Below, in pieces: positions 48,373-59,700 of a DNA stretch of 64,000 nucleotides. The stretch is from NCBI GenBank assembly GCA_046482545.1, contig JAWOEX010000010.1, forward strand, positions 173,886 to 237,885, written 5' to 3'. The notes below the pieces were generated by a model. It was not told where the DNA came from, did no database searches, and was given only the letters and a program-made list of their open reading frames with translations. This stretch comes from Candidatus Thorarchaeota archaeon (GTDB lineage: Archaea > Asgardarchaeota > Thorarchaeia > Thorarchaeales > Thorarchaeaceae). The first letter of the stretch is position 1; every line of letters starts with the position of its first letter. The translations under genes were made by a program, and so were the position numbers.

Positions 48373-49578
48373 TTAGAAGAGCATTTTGAGACCGGTGAGA
48401 GCATGCCGGCTCAGCACCCGCCACATCAACGATTTGCGCAAGTCGGTATAGGACCTGAGCCCTCCAATAAGATCAGTCATGTGACTGCGCATGACCTCGT
48501 CTCGCGAAGCCATCTGAATAATGCGTTCCATGTTTTCTTCGGAGTTGAACAACAAATTGGCCAAGAAATTGGCAGCATCCATGTCCTTTCCAATTCCTTC
48601 TTTCCATCTCCTCTGATACTCACGAGTACCATCCACATTTCCTTTAAGAGTTCCAGCAACAACCTCAGCGGCTATATGACCCGTATCTATAGCGTAGTAA
48701 ATACCTTCTCCCGTAGCAGGTGAGACAAAACCAGCGGCATCACCAACCAGCATGATTCTGTTGGATATCGTGTTCTCGATTGGGCCAGCTAGAGGGACAC
48801 GCCATGCCGTCTCTCTGCTCAAATCCAAATCTACTGAATACATGTCTTCGAATTCGAAAACAAACTCACTCCAAGCATCCTTGAGATTTTTTGCAAACGG
48901 CATCAAACATCCCATCCCCAGTGAGATTTCGCCCCTCTTCGGAAAGCACCAAGCATACCCATGCTCCAGACCGCCAAAGTAGATTTGGATGCAGATCCTT
49001 CCTGATTCATAGGGAGCCAATGTTATTCTCTCAATTTCTTCGTCATCCATCGGGATTGGGGCCTCCATACAGAGACCAATCGCTTCCTGCTCCCAGCGTT
49101 TCATGATACCGGAAGTTCGAGCTACCTTACTGTTGACTCCGTCTGCACCAACTAGATACTTGCCAGTAAAGCGATCACCATCTTGAGTGTAGGCTTCAAC
49201 TTGGTTGGTGGCCTCAATGACATCAACGACTTCCATGTTTTGTTGAACTTCAGCCCCAGCCCCAATCGCCTTGTCCAGAAGCAGTTTATCGAAGACCTCC
49301 CGTTTCACAGTGTACCCAGTTATTTCATCATTGGTACACACAACTTTCGTTCTCGAAGGCGAGAATAGATGGGAGCCACTACTTTCGCGGTCGATTGCGG
49401 AAGATATATCGAAATCCAGTAGGTCGGGTAATCCTGCTCTGAACCCACCTCCGCAAGCCTTCCTTCGTGGGTGTTCCTCCTTCTCGAGAAGAAGGACATC
49501 CAATCCTTCTTGGGCTGCTCTTCGCGCACATGATGCACCAGCGGGGCCGCCGCCAACAACTATCAAGTCACGGGTCAA
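48373..49578 (-). CDS. Geranylgeranyl reductase family flavoprotein
   Basis: GGGPAG, PRRKACGGG, GADGVNS, GYAWCFPK, GDAAGFVSPATGEGI. Confidence 0.93.
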   Translation of the reverse strand: MTRDLIVVGGGPAGASCARRAAQEGLDVLLLEKEEHPRRKACGGGFRAGLPDLLDFDISSAIDRESSGSHLFSPSRTKVVCTNDEITGYTVKREVFDKLLLDKAIGAGAEVQQNMEVVDVIEATNQVEAYTQDGDRFTGKYLVGADGVNSKVARTSGIMKRWEQEAIGLCMEAPIPMDDEEIERITLAPYESGRICIQIYFGGLEHGYAWCFPKRGEISLGMGCLMPFAKNLKDAWSEFVFEFEDMYSVDLDLSRETAWRVPLAGPIENTISNRIMLVGDAAGFVSPATGEGIYYAIDTGHIAAEVVAGTLKGNVDGTREYQRRWKEGIGKDMDAANFLANLLFNSEENMERIIQMASRDEVMRSHMTDLIGGLRSYTDLRKSLMWRVLSRHALTGLKMLF

Positions 49579-49717
49579 CGTATCATATCTCCAACTTGAT
49601 AGGTCAATCTAGAGCCGCGCTACTTATCTGTTTTCGATAGAATGCTAAGCAGATTACGTCAAAACATGAATATTACAGTCTGATGGCGGCATACTGAAAG
49701 ATTCTGAATTAACAGCA

Positions 49718-51229
49718 TCAATACGATCTGAAGCCTTTTGGCAATTCACTTAGATACTCCTTGAAGCCGTCAGGCCATTTCTCTGAATCAAGTCCGTTCT
49801 GTGCGAGAAATACGACAGCCCAACGCTCAAGTCCGATTCCACTGCATCCTGACCAGAGATCGCCCTTCTGGGTCTTTATTGTAAATGCATCGGTGAATTT
49901 GTCACCTGCAATAGTCAGGTTCTGGAATTCAAGCCAGCTATCATTATCGGAATTGTCACCACGGTACGGAAGAAATGCCTCAAAATCGATGGTTCCCAGA
50001 ATATGCTCTGTTTCATCTTCAACACCATCTTGTCCCGATTGCTGCATATACCAGGGTGTGACCCAAGCCATCCGCCAATTAATCTCAAGAATATCATCGA
50101 AAACATGATGGAAACGTTCAATCAGCTCCTCTTTTAACTCGTTCAGCTGCTCAGGGGTACCGATGTAGACAATTTCGATTCGATGGAATTCATCACTTCT
50201 TTCAATGCCATGCCTGCCACCGGATTCGTACCTAGCTGAAGCTACCGTGTTCTCAAAAATCTTCAATGGGAGGTCTTCCTCGGGAATTACGGCTTTCTCG
50301 AACGACCAGTAAATGTTGGGGCATTGAGCGTATACAATGCCACCCTTAGGGTCTGATACCAACTTTCGTAGCTCGTCAATATCTACCTCATTTGTTATGT
50401 ACACCTTGTCTTGGAACTCCTGCCAGAACGCGGGGTCTCGTGTCGCTGGTTCACTAAAATAGTAGACCTCATTGGGTACACCCATCATATGGCCTGTGCG
50501 GCGCCATACATCGAAAGGAACGAAGTTTGATTCTATCACTTCCTGAAATCCCATGGGCTCAAGAATCTCTTTTTTGGCAATCTCTTTCATCGCATTAAGA
50601 ATGGCTGTGATTTCTGGACGGTAGAACCATTTGCCTTTCGTAGGACCTTTTACAATCCATTCCCGGTCCACCATTTCAGAAGATGGATCTTTCTCCCATT
50701 TCGGTTCACGGTATGAAGATTCTTCCATGAGTTCCCAGAACTCTTCCTTCCCCTCGTAATACTGTTTTTCAACGCGTTCCTCGATACGCCGCATCAGCCG
50801 TTCGACAGCACCACCAATAATGAAATTATTATCAACATTTCCGAGAATAACGGTGCATTTCTTATCATCGAACTCAAGTTTCTCGGCAAAAGGCATACTG
50901 AGTTCAGTGAGGGGCTCGGTTTCCAGCTCGAACCGTATTTCAAGCCGATCAATCATGGCGTCCTTTATGCCTAGATGGTATTCGCGGCCCAGCTTCTTGC
51001 CAAGGCATTTTTGCAGTCTGTAGAATAGCCTGTGAACAGGAGCTGCTTCAATCTCCAGCTGAACACGAACTTCGTCGCCAGCGATATTGCAGTCTCGAGT
51101 TTTCCAGTTCTGGTCTTCTGAAATGAACTCACCCGTACATTCTGCGAAGGCTTGTGTGAATTCCTCGTTCAAATCATCTGCACTCTTGCTCAAGCGCAAA
51201 ATTCCTGTCAACTTGTACTGATTGTCCAT
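49718..51229 (-). CDS. serS: Methanogen-type (type 2) seryl-tRNA synthetase
   Basis: LG..Y.LGI N-domain, YAQC, RYESGG.HGIER.DEFHRIE, LEFQN, WSGCSGIGLERW. Confidence 0.93.
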   Translation of the reverse strand: MDNQYKLTGILRLSKSADDLNEEFTQAFAECTGEFISEDQNWKTRDCNIAGDEVRVQLEIEAAPVHRLFYRLQKCLGKKLGREYHLGIKDAMIDRLEIRFELETEPLTELSMPFAEKLEFDDKKCTVILGNVDNNFIIGGAVERLMRRIEERVEKQYYEGKEEFWELMEESSYREPKWEKDPSSEMVDREWIVKGPTKGKWFYRPEITAILNAMKEIAKKEILEPMGFQEVIESNFVPFDVWRRTGHMMGVPNEVYYFSEPATRDPAFWQEFQDKVYITNEVDIDELRKLVSDPKGGIVYAQCPNIYWSFEKAVIPEEDLPLKIFENTVASARYESGGRHGIERSDEFHRIEIVYIGTPEQLNELKEELIERFHHVFDDILEINWRMAWVTPWYMQQSGQDGVEDETEHILGTIDFEAFLPYRGDNSDNDSWLEFQNLTIAGDKFTDAFTIKTQKGDLWSGCSGIGLERWAVVFLAQNGLDSEKWPDGFKEYLSELPKGFRSY

Positions 51230-51387
51230 TGTTTTTCCGTCCAGATGAGTGGTTGTTCAAGTCCAGAGGCAATGCCCAGTCAATAAAATGGTTGTTGTAT
51301 ACTCACCGTAAAGGGAAATAAGATGGAGAATCAACTGTCTTGTCAGATCCTCCGTCGATGGGGATGTTGTGAACTACTTCCGTGGCT

Positions 51388-51609
51388 TTACTTCACAGCA
51401 CCAATAATGAGGAGAAGGACACCAAGTCCAGTCAAACCCAGCATTACTTCAGTGAATGTATAACCAGCCAGATTGAGCGAGTATATGCCTTGATCGAAGT
51501 ATGGCAATACCGTAGCCAAGCTCACGTAAGATTCGATGAAAACAGCCCATAAAGGAAGAAGACCTGCGATGATAAGCAGTAATCCCAGAATTGTAAGTGC
51601 CTTACTCAT
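51388..51609 (-). CDS. Small membrane protein
   Basis: Two hydrophobic helices. Confidence 0.7.
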   Translation of the reverse strand: MSKALTILGLLLIIAGLLPLWAVFIESYVSLATVLPYFDQGIYSLNLAGYTFTEVMLGLTGLGVLLLIIGAVK

Positions 51610-51826
51610 ATCTATTAACAACCTTGGATTATTACTCTATACACCACCCCATATTAATTGATTGGGGAAAATACCTGCATTGATATCATGGACTTTGATT
51701 GAGGCGAATCGATTGCATGCGCTCATTGGCTAATTTGGAATCTTACCTGACAAACTAAGCACTCCACAAAATTTATAGTTTTCAACACAAGTAGAGCATG
51801 ACTCTATCCGGAGAGGAGAATCGAAT

Positions 51827-53653
51827 TTGAGAAAGCGAAAGACTATGATTCTATGCTCTGTAATTGGAATAATAGCTCTTACGGCAATCCCTGTGAACCC
51901 CTTTATGATAAAGACTCAAGCCAATCCGTCTGGTCCGTATCTGGACAAAATTAGGTACGAGGTTACTACAGACGAGGAACAGGCGATTGCATCTCTGGGT
52001 GACGGTGACATCGATTTGATTGGGGAATTGCTCGATCCCACTTACCTTACAGAGTTGGAAGAAATGGAAAATGTTGCAGCTCAGGAGAGCCTAGAGAATG
52101 GATATGTTAGCATCATAGTCAACTGTCATAGGTATCCGTTAAATCTAACTGCGTTCAGAAGAGCGCTTTCCTTTGCTGTAGACAAATACGCCCTTCGTGA
52201 TGATGTCTTGGATGGTCTCGGTGTCCCACTTGATAGCTGTGTACCCAAAGTGAACCCTTTCTCTATTGAAAATCAGCTATCGAATCATTACTATGATGGA
52301 GATGTTCAGCGAGGTAAAGACATCTTGGCTGCAGCTGGATTCGAAGATTACGACCAAGATGGGGTGTTAGAGGCACCAAACGAATCAGAGTTCACTGTTG
52401 TCTTCGAAGCTGATGAGTACCTTCCCATAACCGTTGATATCGGGCAGCGATTTGTTGATACCCTGAATTCTCTAGACATTGATGCCGAGATTCACTTGAA
52501 CGATGGATCACAACGCTACTTGGACAGTATGCACTACGGAGACTTCGATCTCATTTTGTTGGGGCACCATTTTCCAAGTTTTGATGTTGATTGGCTGGCT
52601 TATGAATACTGGTCAGAAATGGTGGATGATGAATATGCCGTCTCCAATTATCCTAGATTTGAAAATGCAAGCTATGATTTCTGGAGGGAACAACTCCTCA
52701 ACGGAACTGAATATGATGAGGTGTATGAAGCGGCCATAGAAATGCAGAAGATCTGGGTTTATCAATGCCCAGAAATCGTTTGCTGTGAATACATCAAGGC
52801 ATCCGCCTATAGAACAGATAAATTCGATGGCTTCAAGAACGAAGCTAGTTGTGGCGTTCCTGGATTCTGGACTAATTATCAAGTTCATCCCAAGGATTCC
52901 GAGGGAGGGACTTTGAAATGGAGCAATCCATCAACGATTGACACGTTCAATTACATCGACAGTCAGTTTCCATCCTCAAAGATTGTTCTGAATATGCTTT
53001 ATGACCCACTCATTAGACGACACTGGAACGGGGAGGACATAATGTGGCTGGCTGAAGATTACACTGTTCTAACACATGAAGACAATTCCATAGTACCAGA
53101 AGGCCACATGCGATTTGATATTGATATCATTCAAAATGCCACTTGGTCCGATGGAGAACCATTGACGGCCGAGGACATAGTGTTTTCACTTAATTACTAC
53201 AACAATTCGCCCAACTATCCATTTAGCTACGAATTCAAGAAAATGGTGAAAGCTGAAAAAATCCACCCATACAGGCTCTTCGTAGAGTTCGAAAGCGAGT
53301 CATTCTGGCACCTTCATGAATTCTGCTACAAGCCAATCATGCCTCAACACATATTCGAAAACACAAGTCCAAGCGGCTGGGACGATTGGGATCCAAACCC
53401 ACCTGATGAAGAAATGGTAACTTCAGGCCCGTTCAATGTCTCTAGTTATGTCTCGGATGATTTCTGCGAATTAAGCAGAAACCCGAACTACTTCTATACT
53501 AGCAGTTATTCAAGCCCAACAACAACGACTACTGGAAATACCACAACAGGAATACTACTTCCTCTTGACAATTTCACCCTAATGATTACTATTGGCGCAG
53601 TAGCAGCAGTCGCCTTGGTCATCATCGTGATTGTGAAAACACGCAAGACTTGA
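51827..53653 (+). CDS. ABC transporter substrate-binding protein (family 5), C-terminally anchored
   Basis: Signal peptide, FRRALSFAVD, WSDGEPLTAEDIVFS, SGPF, NPNYF, Thr-rich linker plus TM. Confidence 0.92.
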   Translation: MRKRKTMILCSVIGIIALTAIPVNPFMIKTQANPSGPYLDKIRYEVTTDEEQAIASLGDGDIDLIGELLDPTYLTELEEMENVAAQESLENGYVSIIVNCHRYPLNLTAFRRALSFAVDKYALRDDVLDGLGVPLDSCVPKVNPFSIENQLSNHYYDGDVQRGKDILAAAGFEDYDQDGVLEAPNESEFTVVFEADEYLPITVDIGQRFVDTLNSLDIDAEIHLNDGSQRYLDSMHYGDFDLILLGHHFPSFDVDWLAYEYWSEMVDDEYAVSNYPRFENASYDFWREQLLNGTEYDEVYEAAIEMQKIWVYQCPEIVCCEYIKASAYRTDKFDGFKNEASCGVPGFWTNYQVHPKDSEGGTLKWSNPSTIDTFNYIDSQFPSSKIVLNMLYDPLIRRHWNGEDIMWLAEDYTVLTHEDNSIVPEGHMRFDIDIIQNATWSDGEPLTAEDIVFSLNYYNNSPNYPFSYEFKKMVKAEKIHPYRLFVEFESESFWHLHEFCYKPIMPQHIFENTSPSGWDDWDPNPPDEEMVTSGPFNVSSYVSDDFCELSRNPNYFYTSSYSSPTTTTTGNTTTGILLPLDNFTLMITIGAVAAVALVIIVIVKTRKT

Positions 53654-53903
53654 CTTCCTGGGTTGAATGAACCTCTGTTTTCTCCAGGAATAGATACAAG
53701 AAGCTGGTGATTCCAAACTGACGAACCTCTGATATTGAATCGATTAAGTGTAGCATTCACAATAGTGGGAGTGATTCTGCTCCTGTTAAAGCGACAATGC
53801 CGATTGTAGAATGGTTTTCAAAACAGTGGGGTATTCAAAATCCTCAGTTTCTGATTTTTTAAGAAACCATATGGTGGGAGAAAGTCCATTCTCTGGGGAG
53901 AAT

Positions 53904-54639
53904 TCAATCTATCATTTTTTCCATGATGCATCCAAGTAGCTCGAAGCCCATACTTCGACATAATTCCAGTTCGATATCATGTTCGGCATGCAACTGAAAA
54001 TATAGACTGGAGCAGTCTTTCTCAGCAGCCCAGTGCACTGCCTGCGATAGAAGCATCTGGCCCGCGCCACTAGGAGGCTCTTCACCAACCGCGAAGTCAT
54101 AGATTGCAGCAGTCTTCTTGTTGTGTTTGGCACGACCTACCCATACGAAACCAACAACACCCTCATCGGGGGACTCAAGCACGAATCGCTGCTGATTGCT
54201 ACCAAGACTGAAGCGCCGCCGCAGAAGCTCTTCGTATCGTTTGACAATATCCGCATCAGAAGCATCTGTACTGAACAACACGAGCCTTCTGAACCTCCGT
54301 AACCCAAGCATCTCTACTCGCTTTTCATCCTGAGGTTCTTGCTCACGAACAATAAGATCAGGTGATTTTTGTAACCTCACATGTTTCGGTTCAATGACAA
54401 GCGGATAGGCACGATACGCGTAGCCCTGAGATTCATACAATTGCTGCGCGGGAAAGTTATGTTCATGTACGAAAAGTCCAATGTTCCGGCCAAGTGTCCT
54501 CGCATATTCTTCTGCTCTTGCGATTAGCTTTCTCCCAAGGCCCTTTCGACGGTACTCCTTGTCAACAATGATGTCGTATATCCACAGAGCGCGTTCGATA
54601 TCCCAGATTTCCCGTTCTGTTCGGAGTGCAATCCAGATA
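53904..54639 (-). pseudogene. 3' part of a tandem GNAT acetyltransferase split by element E
   Basis: IWIA|LRTER...IVDKEYRRKGLGRKL; joins in frame to 62872-63128 (993 nt in total). Confidence 0.9.
54628..54639. repeat. 12-bp direct repeat GCAATCCAGATA (partner at 62860-62871)
   Basis: Exact match at both junctions of element E. Confidence 0.92.
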
Positions 54640-55075
54640 ACCCATTTCTTACAGTTGAGTGAGTGAACCCAACCGAGGAAACTCCTGTGTTCCACCCTTT
54701 CCTTGCCCAGTGTCACCACAATACCAAGGCGCTACCCCCGGCCAAGCAAGGACTTTGACCGCCATCATCAGGACACGGTCCCTCCTGCGGTCTCGGCTTC
54801 TGTCTCCTGCCCTGACCCGGATACATCACATCCGGGGGCAGCGAGGTCTTCCACAGCTTTTGCCACGGCGGGGTTATTATCGCTCTGCCCAGTCTCGTCA
54901 CCGAAACCAGACAGGTCCAATTGGACACAGCGAACAGCCGCGGACTCTCCGGGGTCTGATGAGGACCCCTTTTTGGAGAGTGAGGACTTCTGCTTAGAAG
55001 AACGAGTCTTCCTCACAGCCTTCGGGGCTGAACCGTTCCCCCGTTCGGGGGTGGCCCACCGCCCTAGTCCAGTCT
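54636..55075 (-). ncRNA. Putative omegaRNA of element E, overlapping the tnpB 3' end
   Basis: Position typical of TnpB omegaRNA/reRNA; this is the block retained in B and C. Confidence 0.7.
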
Positions 55076-56447
55076 CATCCTTAAGTGAAGGAATGAGCGT
55101 AAGTAAACGACGTGCGATGTTGAGGGAGCCATTCCGGTCGGCGTTGGTGCGGAAGCCGCACGTGTGGCATACGAACAAAGCCTGTTTCGGCCGTACTCCC
55201 TTGTTGCCACACTTCCAGCACATTATCGAGGTCCAGTTTTCAGGCACCGCATGGAATCGGCTATCCTTGCCTTCCACTTCCCACCCGAGCTGTTCGAGTC
55301 CGTTTTTAAGCCCCTCGGTAATACGCGAGAAGCTCCACCTGTGCACCATACCCCTGAACTTGGAACCTTTGTAGTTGCCACGCCTAGCGGCATTCCGGAT
55401 ACCCTTGAGCCTCCCGATACCAACATAGAGCTGATACTGTTGGCTTAGCTTTTCGACATACGACAAGAGATCGCTGACGAGGGCCCGATCATAGGTCTTA
55501 GCCGCATCCGCCCGCTTCGTTTTGAGCTCCTTGAGCTTGCTGATCAACCCGTCACAGTCGTTCCCATTGCTCCTCCTGATATCGAGGTCGTGCTGGAGGT
55601 CCGCTATCCGCTCCTCATATTGGAGGAACACTTGGTGCTTCTCTTCCTGCCTGAAGTACCGGGTGCTTGATATTCTCTTCTCAGTAACGAGGGTCGTGCA
55701 TGCTGCACAATTGATACCCAGGTCAATACCAAGGACAGCAGGCGGTAACTCAGCATCCTTTATTTTCTCAATAGCGGTAAGGCGTATCGCAATAGCAGCC
55801 CACCACTTCCCATGCCGGTCGGTGAATACCTGTACAGCTTTAGGCTTCCCTCGATCCAGTTCCTCAAGGTGATAGGGTGAGGTTTTCAGGGGGATGCGGA
55901 GCCTGTCATGGATCCTGCGGCCTTCTGGTACAGAGTCCAGTGAATCACGGATGTCGAGCCACAGCCGCGCGATCGTCGTTTCGTGCTCAACAAGCTTCGC
56001 CCTGTAGGGAATGTACATCATCCGGGGAATCCGCCTTTCGCTGTTGGTCTCTGCAGGCCGGGAGGCCTTTCTCCACTTCTTAACGCGCAGGGCCAGGTAG
56101 CTCTCGTAGTTGGCTATAGCGATACGCCGACACTCTTGAAGTTCATTGGCTGATATCCGGGGAAACCGTGCTTTGAGGTCATGGTCAACTTCCAGTCTCT
56201 GTTCCTCACCATGAGCAACCCGCAAGGCAGTCATGGTCATCACATCGAGCTTGTTCTCATCGATGCGCTTCTTCGCCTTGCCTCTAAGCAGGTCTTCCTC
56301 GTTTTCTTCTATGATACCGAAGAATGCATGAATGACCCGTGAATCCCTTCCCGTGATCTGTTCCAATCGCTGACGACTGGAGCTGGTCATCTCTTTCCAT
56401 GCTATGGGAATCTTGACCGTAATCACAGGGGTGTTGGAGTCTGTCAT
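54768..56447 (-). CDS. tnpB: TnpB-family RNA-guided nuclease, 559 aa, rearranged RuvC-II
   Basis: LGIDLG (RuvC-I); VGIGRL where E is expected; VPENWTSIMCWKC; CHTC; NADRNGSLNIA (RuvC-III). Confidence 0.92.
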   Translation of the reverse strand: MTDSNTPVITVKIPIAWKEMTSSSRQRLEQITGRDSRVIHAFFGIIEENEEDLLRGKAKKRIDENKLDVMTMTALRVAHGEEQRLEVDHDLKARFPRISANELQECRRIAIANYESYLALRVKKWRKASRPAETNSERRIPRMMYIPYRAKLVEHETTIARLWLDIRDSLDSVPEGRRIHDRLRIPLKTSPYHLEELDRGKPKAVQVFTDRHGKWWAAIAIRLTAIEKIKDAELPPAVLGIDLGINCAACTTLVTEKRISSTRYFRQEEKHQVFLQYEERIADLQHDLDIRRSNGNDCDGLISKLKELKTKRADAAKTYDRALVSDLLSYVEKLSQQYQLYVGIGRLKGIRNAARRGNYKGSKFRGMVHRWSFSRITEGLKNGLEQLGWEVEGKDSRFHAVPENWTSIMCWKCGNKGVRPKQALFVCHTCGFRTNADRNGSLNIARRLLTLIPSLKDETGLGRWATPERGNGSAPKAVRKTRSSKQKSSLSKKGSSSDPGESAAVRCVQLDLSGFGDETGQSDNNPAVAKAVEDLAAPGCDVSGSGQETEAETAGGTVS

Positions 56448-56702
56448 GGGTATCGCCTATTTAAACCTCTAACCTGTTTCGGGGGTAGTTGAGTTCACTC
56501 CTCATGTAGTTTTGACCCGAGGTAATGAACTCATATTCTGATACAGCATAGTCATATTTAAACCTATTAAGAAGAAATATTAATTCAATATTTGATACTC
56601 TTCTAAGGTCATTAGAAACTCCCCAGTTTCATTTCTATACTTAACTATAATAAATAACAACCCGCAAAAAATATAAGAAAATAAACCCCCAGCGTACCAC
56701 CA
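56448..56702. promoter_or_regulatory. AT-rich divergent promoter region between tnpB and the 1410-aa gene
   Basis: Several TTTAAA/TATAA tracts between the head-to-head starts. Confidence 0.55.
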
Positions 56703-59700
56703 TTGTCAAGAAGTCGTGGACGGCCTTCAAAGGTCATGCCTAAACACCCAAACAAGGTGATCTCACTCGCGGTTCGCAGAGGCCTTTCTGCCGCTGTTGA
56801 ATTGCAGCGGAATATCCAGAATAAAAAAACTGAGAACCTCTATCGAAGTTCGCGTGACAGTTTGGCAGCCGCAAAGGATGTCTATTATCAGACCGTTGAA
56901 AGTGGTGAAGGCGACCACAAGTATATCATCAAGGCAGAGTCGACCATCAGGAAGAACCTCCTGAAGATGATCATGGAAAACACCGCCGCTTATGGGAACA
57001 CCGAAGTGAAACGTGTCAGGAACCCTCACGCGAAAGTTGGGCCGCTAAATCAGCGGTTCAATGTCCTGGGTGCCCAGCTCCGCAATTTTGGTATGACCCG
57101 GTACCTCTTCCCAGACCCCAAGTTGTTCCGTTATGAAACTCGGATAGTCGGAGAAAAAAGGAAGGAATACCGTGTAGCAGGATACCCTCCGGATTCCTAC
57201 GGTCCTCGCACTCCCCTGGTCCATCCGAATCTTCCGTCCCTTGACCTGGTCGACTCAATCAGGCACCACCTCGACTATTTCGCAGGCTACGCCTTCATCT
57301 ACGATATACCTCCAAGGGAGGCCGGCCGCTACTGGAACCTCTACCAGCTACGAGCCCGGCCCTATCTGGATTATTTATACTCCGAGTGCCTTATCGGAAC
57401 GAACGGGTTCAGAGGAGGAACCGATAGTATACTCAGGGAACTGAAAGAAGACGTTGAGTATCACTATGAAACCCGTCAAGGAGCACCAAGAACGGTCACA
57501 GAGTCCAAGCCAGAGAGGAAACCGACCCTGTCCACGGATATCTGTCGCAATTGGATTGAGGAGGCATACTCTAAGGGAATCACTCATGAGTCGATTGAAG
57601 AGTTTGAGTTGGTAGTCGAAGATGAGTCGCTGTTCCGGGAGGGCGATATGGCTAGGCTCTATTCTCGCCTAGAAGAGAAAGCCAGTAAGACTGGCTCACG
57701 GGTTCATGAATTTGTGTTCAGCCAATTAACCAGCCCCTGGTCGCTCCGTGACGCGATTACACGGGGTGACTCGTACGGAAGCAGCGACGGGTATCTCGTG
57801 TGTTTTGAGACCCCTCTCGATACAGAGAAAGGCAAAGGAAAAGCGGATGTGATCCTCTTGCGGCGGGTAGTATCTGAGCAGGGAAATCAAGCCCATTACC
57901 GACCGGTTATGGTGCTGGATTTGAAAACAAAACTGGGGCCCACTATAACACTCGGGATCAAAGACATCCACTCCGAAGTGGACTCAAAACGCACATTCGT
58001 GGAGCGAACCTTCCCGCCTGAGTATGCGTTCAGAAAGCAAGAGGAAGAGAAAAAGAGATACAAACGGGTCATAGACTACCGCTTCGGTCGGAGGCCGCTG
58101 GATGACGAGGAATGGGAAGCATTCATTCAGGCCATGCCGGACGAAGACACACAAAAACAGATAGACGCCTATACAGCTGCAGTTTCGGATATATACAAGG
58201 AATTGACCGACTGCGGGGAGAAGCCCGCCATCTTCACAGGTACAATGCTTGTTGACGTGACCGAAGACATAAGACTGCTTCGAGACATGCTCCGCGGGTT
58301 GATCATCAATGCCTACGAAGAAGTCGCAAAGGGGCCTCTGAGGGAGGGCAGGGTCGTGCTTGAACCAAAGGTCCGTGGCCACAAGCCCCGTGTCGCTCTG
58401 GTCATGAACGAACAAGAACAGCCGGTGAAAGCTACCGAAACGCCAATACAACCTTCATGGCGACCCCCATACAATCCATTAACACTGGCACAATCTCACG
58501 GAAGGCGATTCCTCCTCTTTACATCAGCAGCATCACCAACCTCTTCCGGTATTTCAGCGGCGTGGCATGCGAAGTACTACCATGGGCTACAGGAAATCAA
58601 GCAGATGACTGAAGAACACGAGTACGATGATATCGTCTGGATAGACCTGGCCAGCGATTTCATAGAACCGGAGCTTCGTGAAGCTCGGTTGTTGCTCCGA
58701 CCCTACTCAAACGATGAGGAAGACACTCGGCGGGCCCACCGGCAGGATGTCCAGGAACTTGTTGATAGGATTTCGTTCAGGGGGCTTTTTGACGAAGTTG
58801 ATTCGTTCATCTTCCGCAATGGTGCCGCTGAAGCTGTAGGAAAACGATTGGAATCGCTCCCGCAAGAAGACTGCTTGATTGTAGTCTCCGGGATGGATAC
58901 AATCCGATACGCAACACCTGAGCCTTATCGTTGGCAATTGAATCCCCTCCTCAGAATCATACTTTCACAGCTCCCAACTTCGGACTCAGCCACCATCTTC
59001 TGGTTTGACTCACCTGTACCAGCAGCAGAAATGTCCACCCCCTATTCAAAACGGTCACTGCTCCCGTTCTATGACTCGTCTCCCCTGCGGGGTGTTGTCA
59101 GCCAGATCATCTGGAACCTGCCTGTGGCGCCGCGGGATGAAGTCCTTCCCGGGGAGTGGTTCTTGCCTTATCCCACAAAAACGCCGATGTACGACGATAT
59201 TAGAGTCATAGTCAGGCAAAAGAAAACAGGCTTCTCGATAGAATCGACCCTCGTTCCCCTGCTTATGGAGTGGTCGAAAAGATTCGATAACAGGGGCATG
59301 GGCAAAGTCTCCCATAGAAATAGCTTTGCTGAAGTAGTACCCGATGCCTCGGTCAGGGCCCGGATGGAAACCCTTGCGCTTTCTCTGATCCCCTGGCTCG
59401 TCGACCTGCATCCGACCCAGAAGATGGACGCCAAGCACGGATTCCAGTGTATTCGTCAAGAGTACGAACAAATGCTTTCAGAATACTCGATTCCCCAGGA
59501 CATAATCACCTTTGACCGGTCGGTACTGGCGACTCCTCTTGGCAGTGCACCTTCTCTCCTTAAACGCGTGCGAATCCGGCCTGACGGTGCTGGAGGGGGA
59601 AAGGCCTTTCAACCGTTGTATGTCGGTGTCATCAATTATCCCCGGATATACCATGAATCACAGAAACTGAAAACCAAACCTTGGCGGCTCCAGCAGAAAC

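Noticed and set aside
53904-54719. Intact 271-aa GNAT as listed in the ORF track
   Set aside because: The first ~27 codons are element sequence; the real 5' end is at 62872-63128
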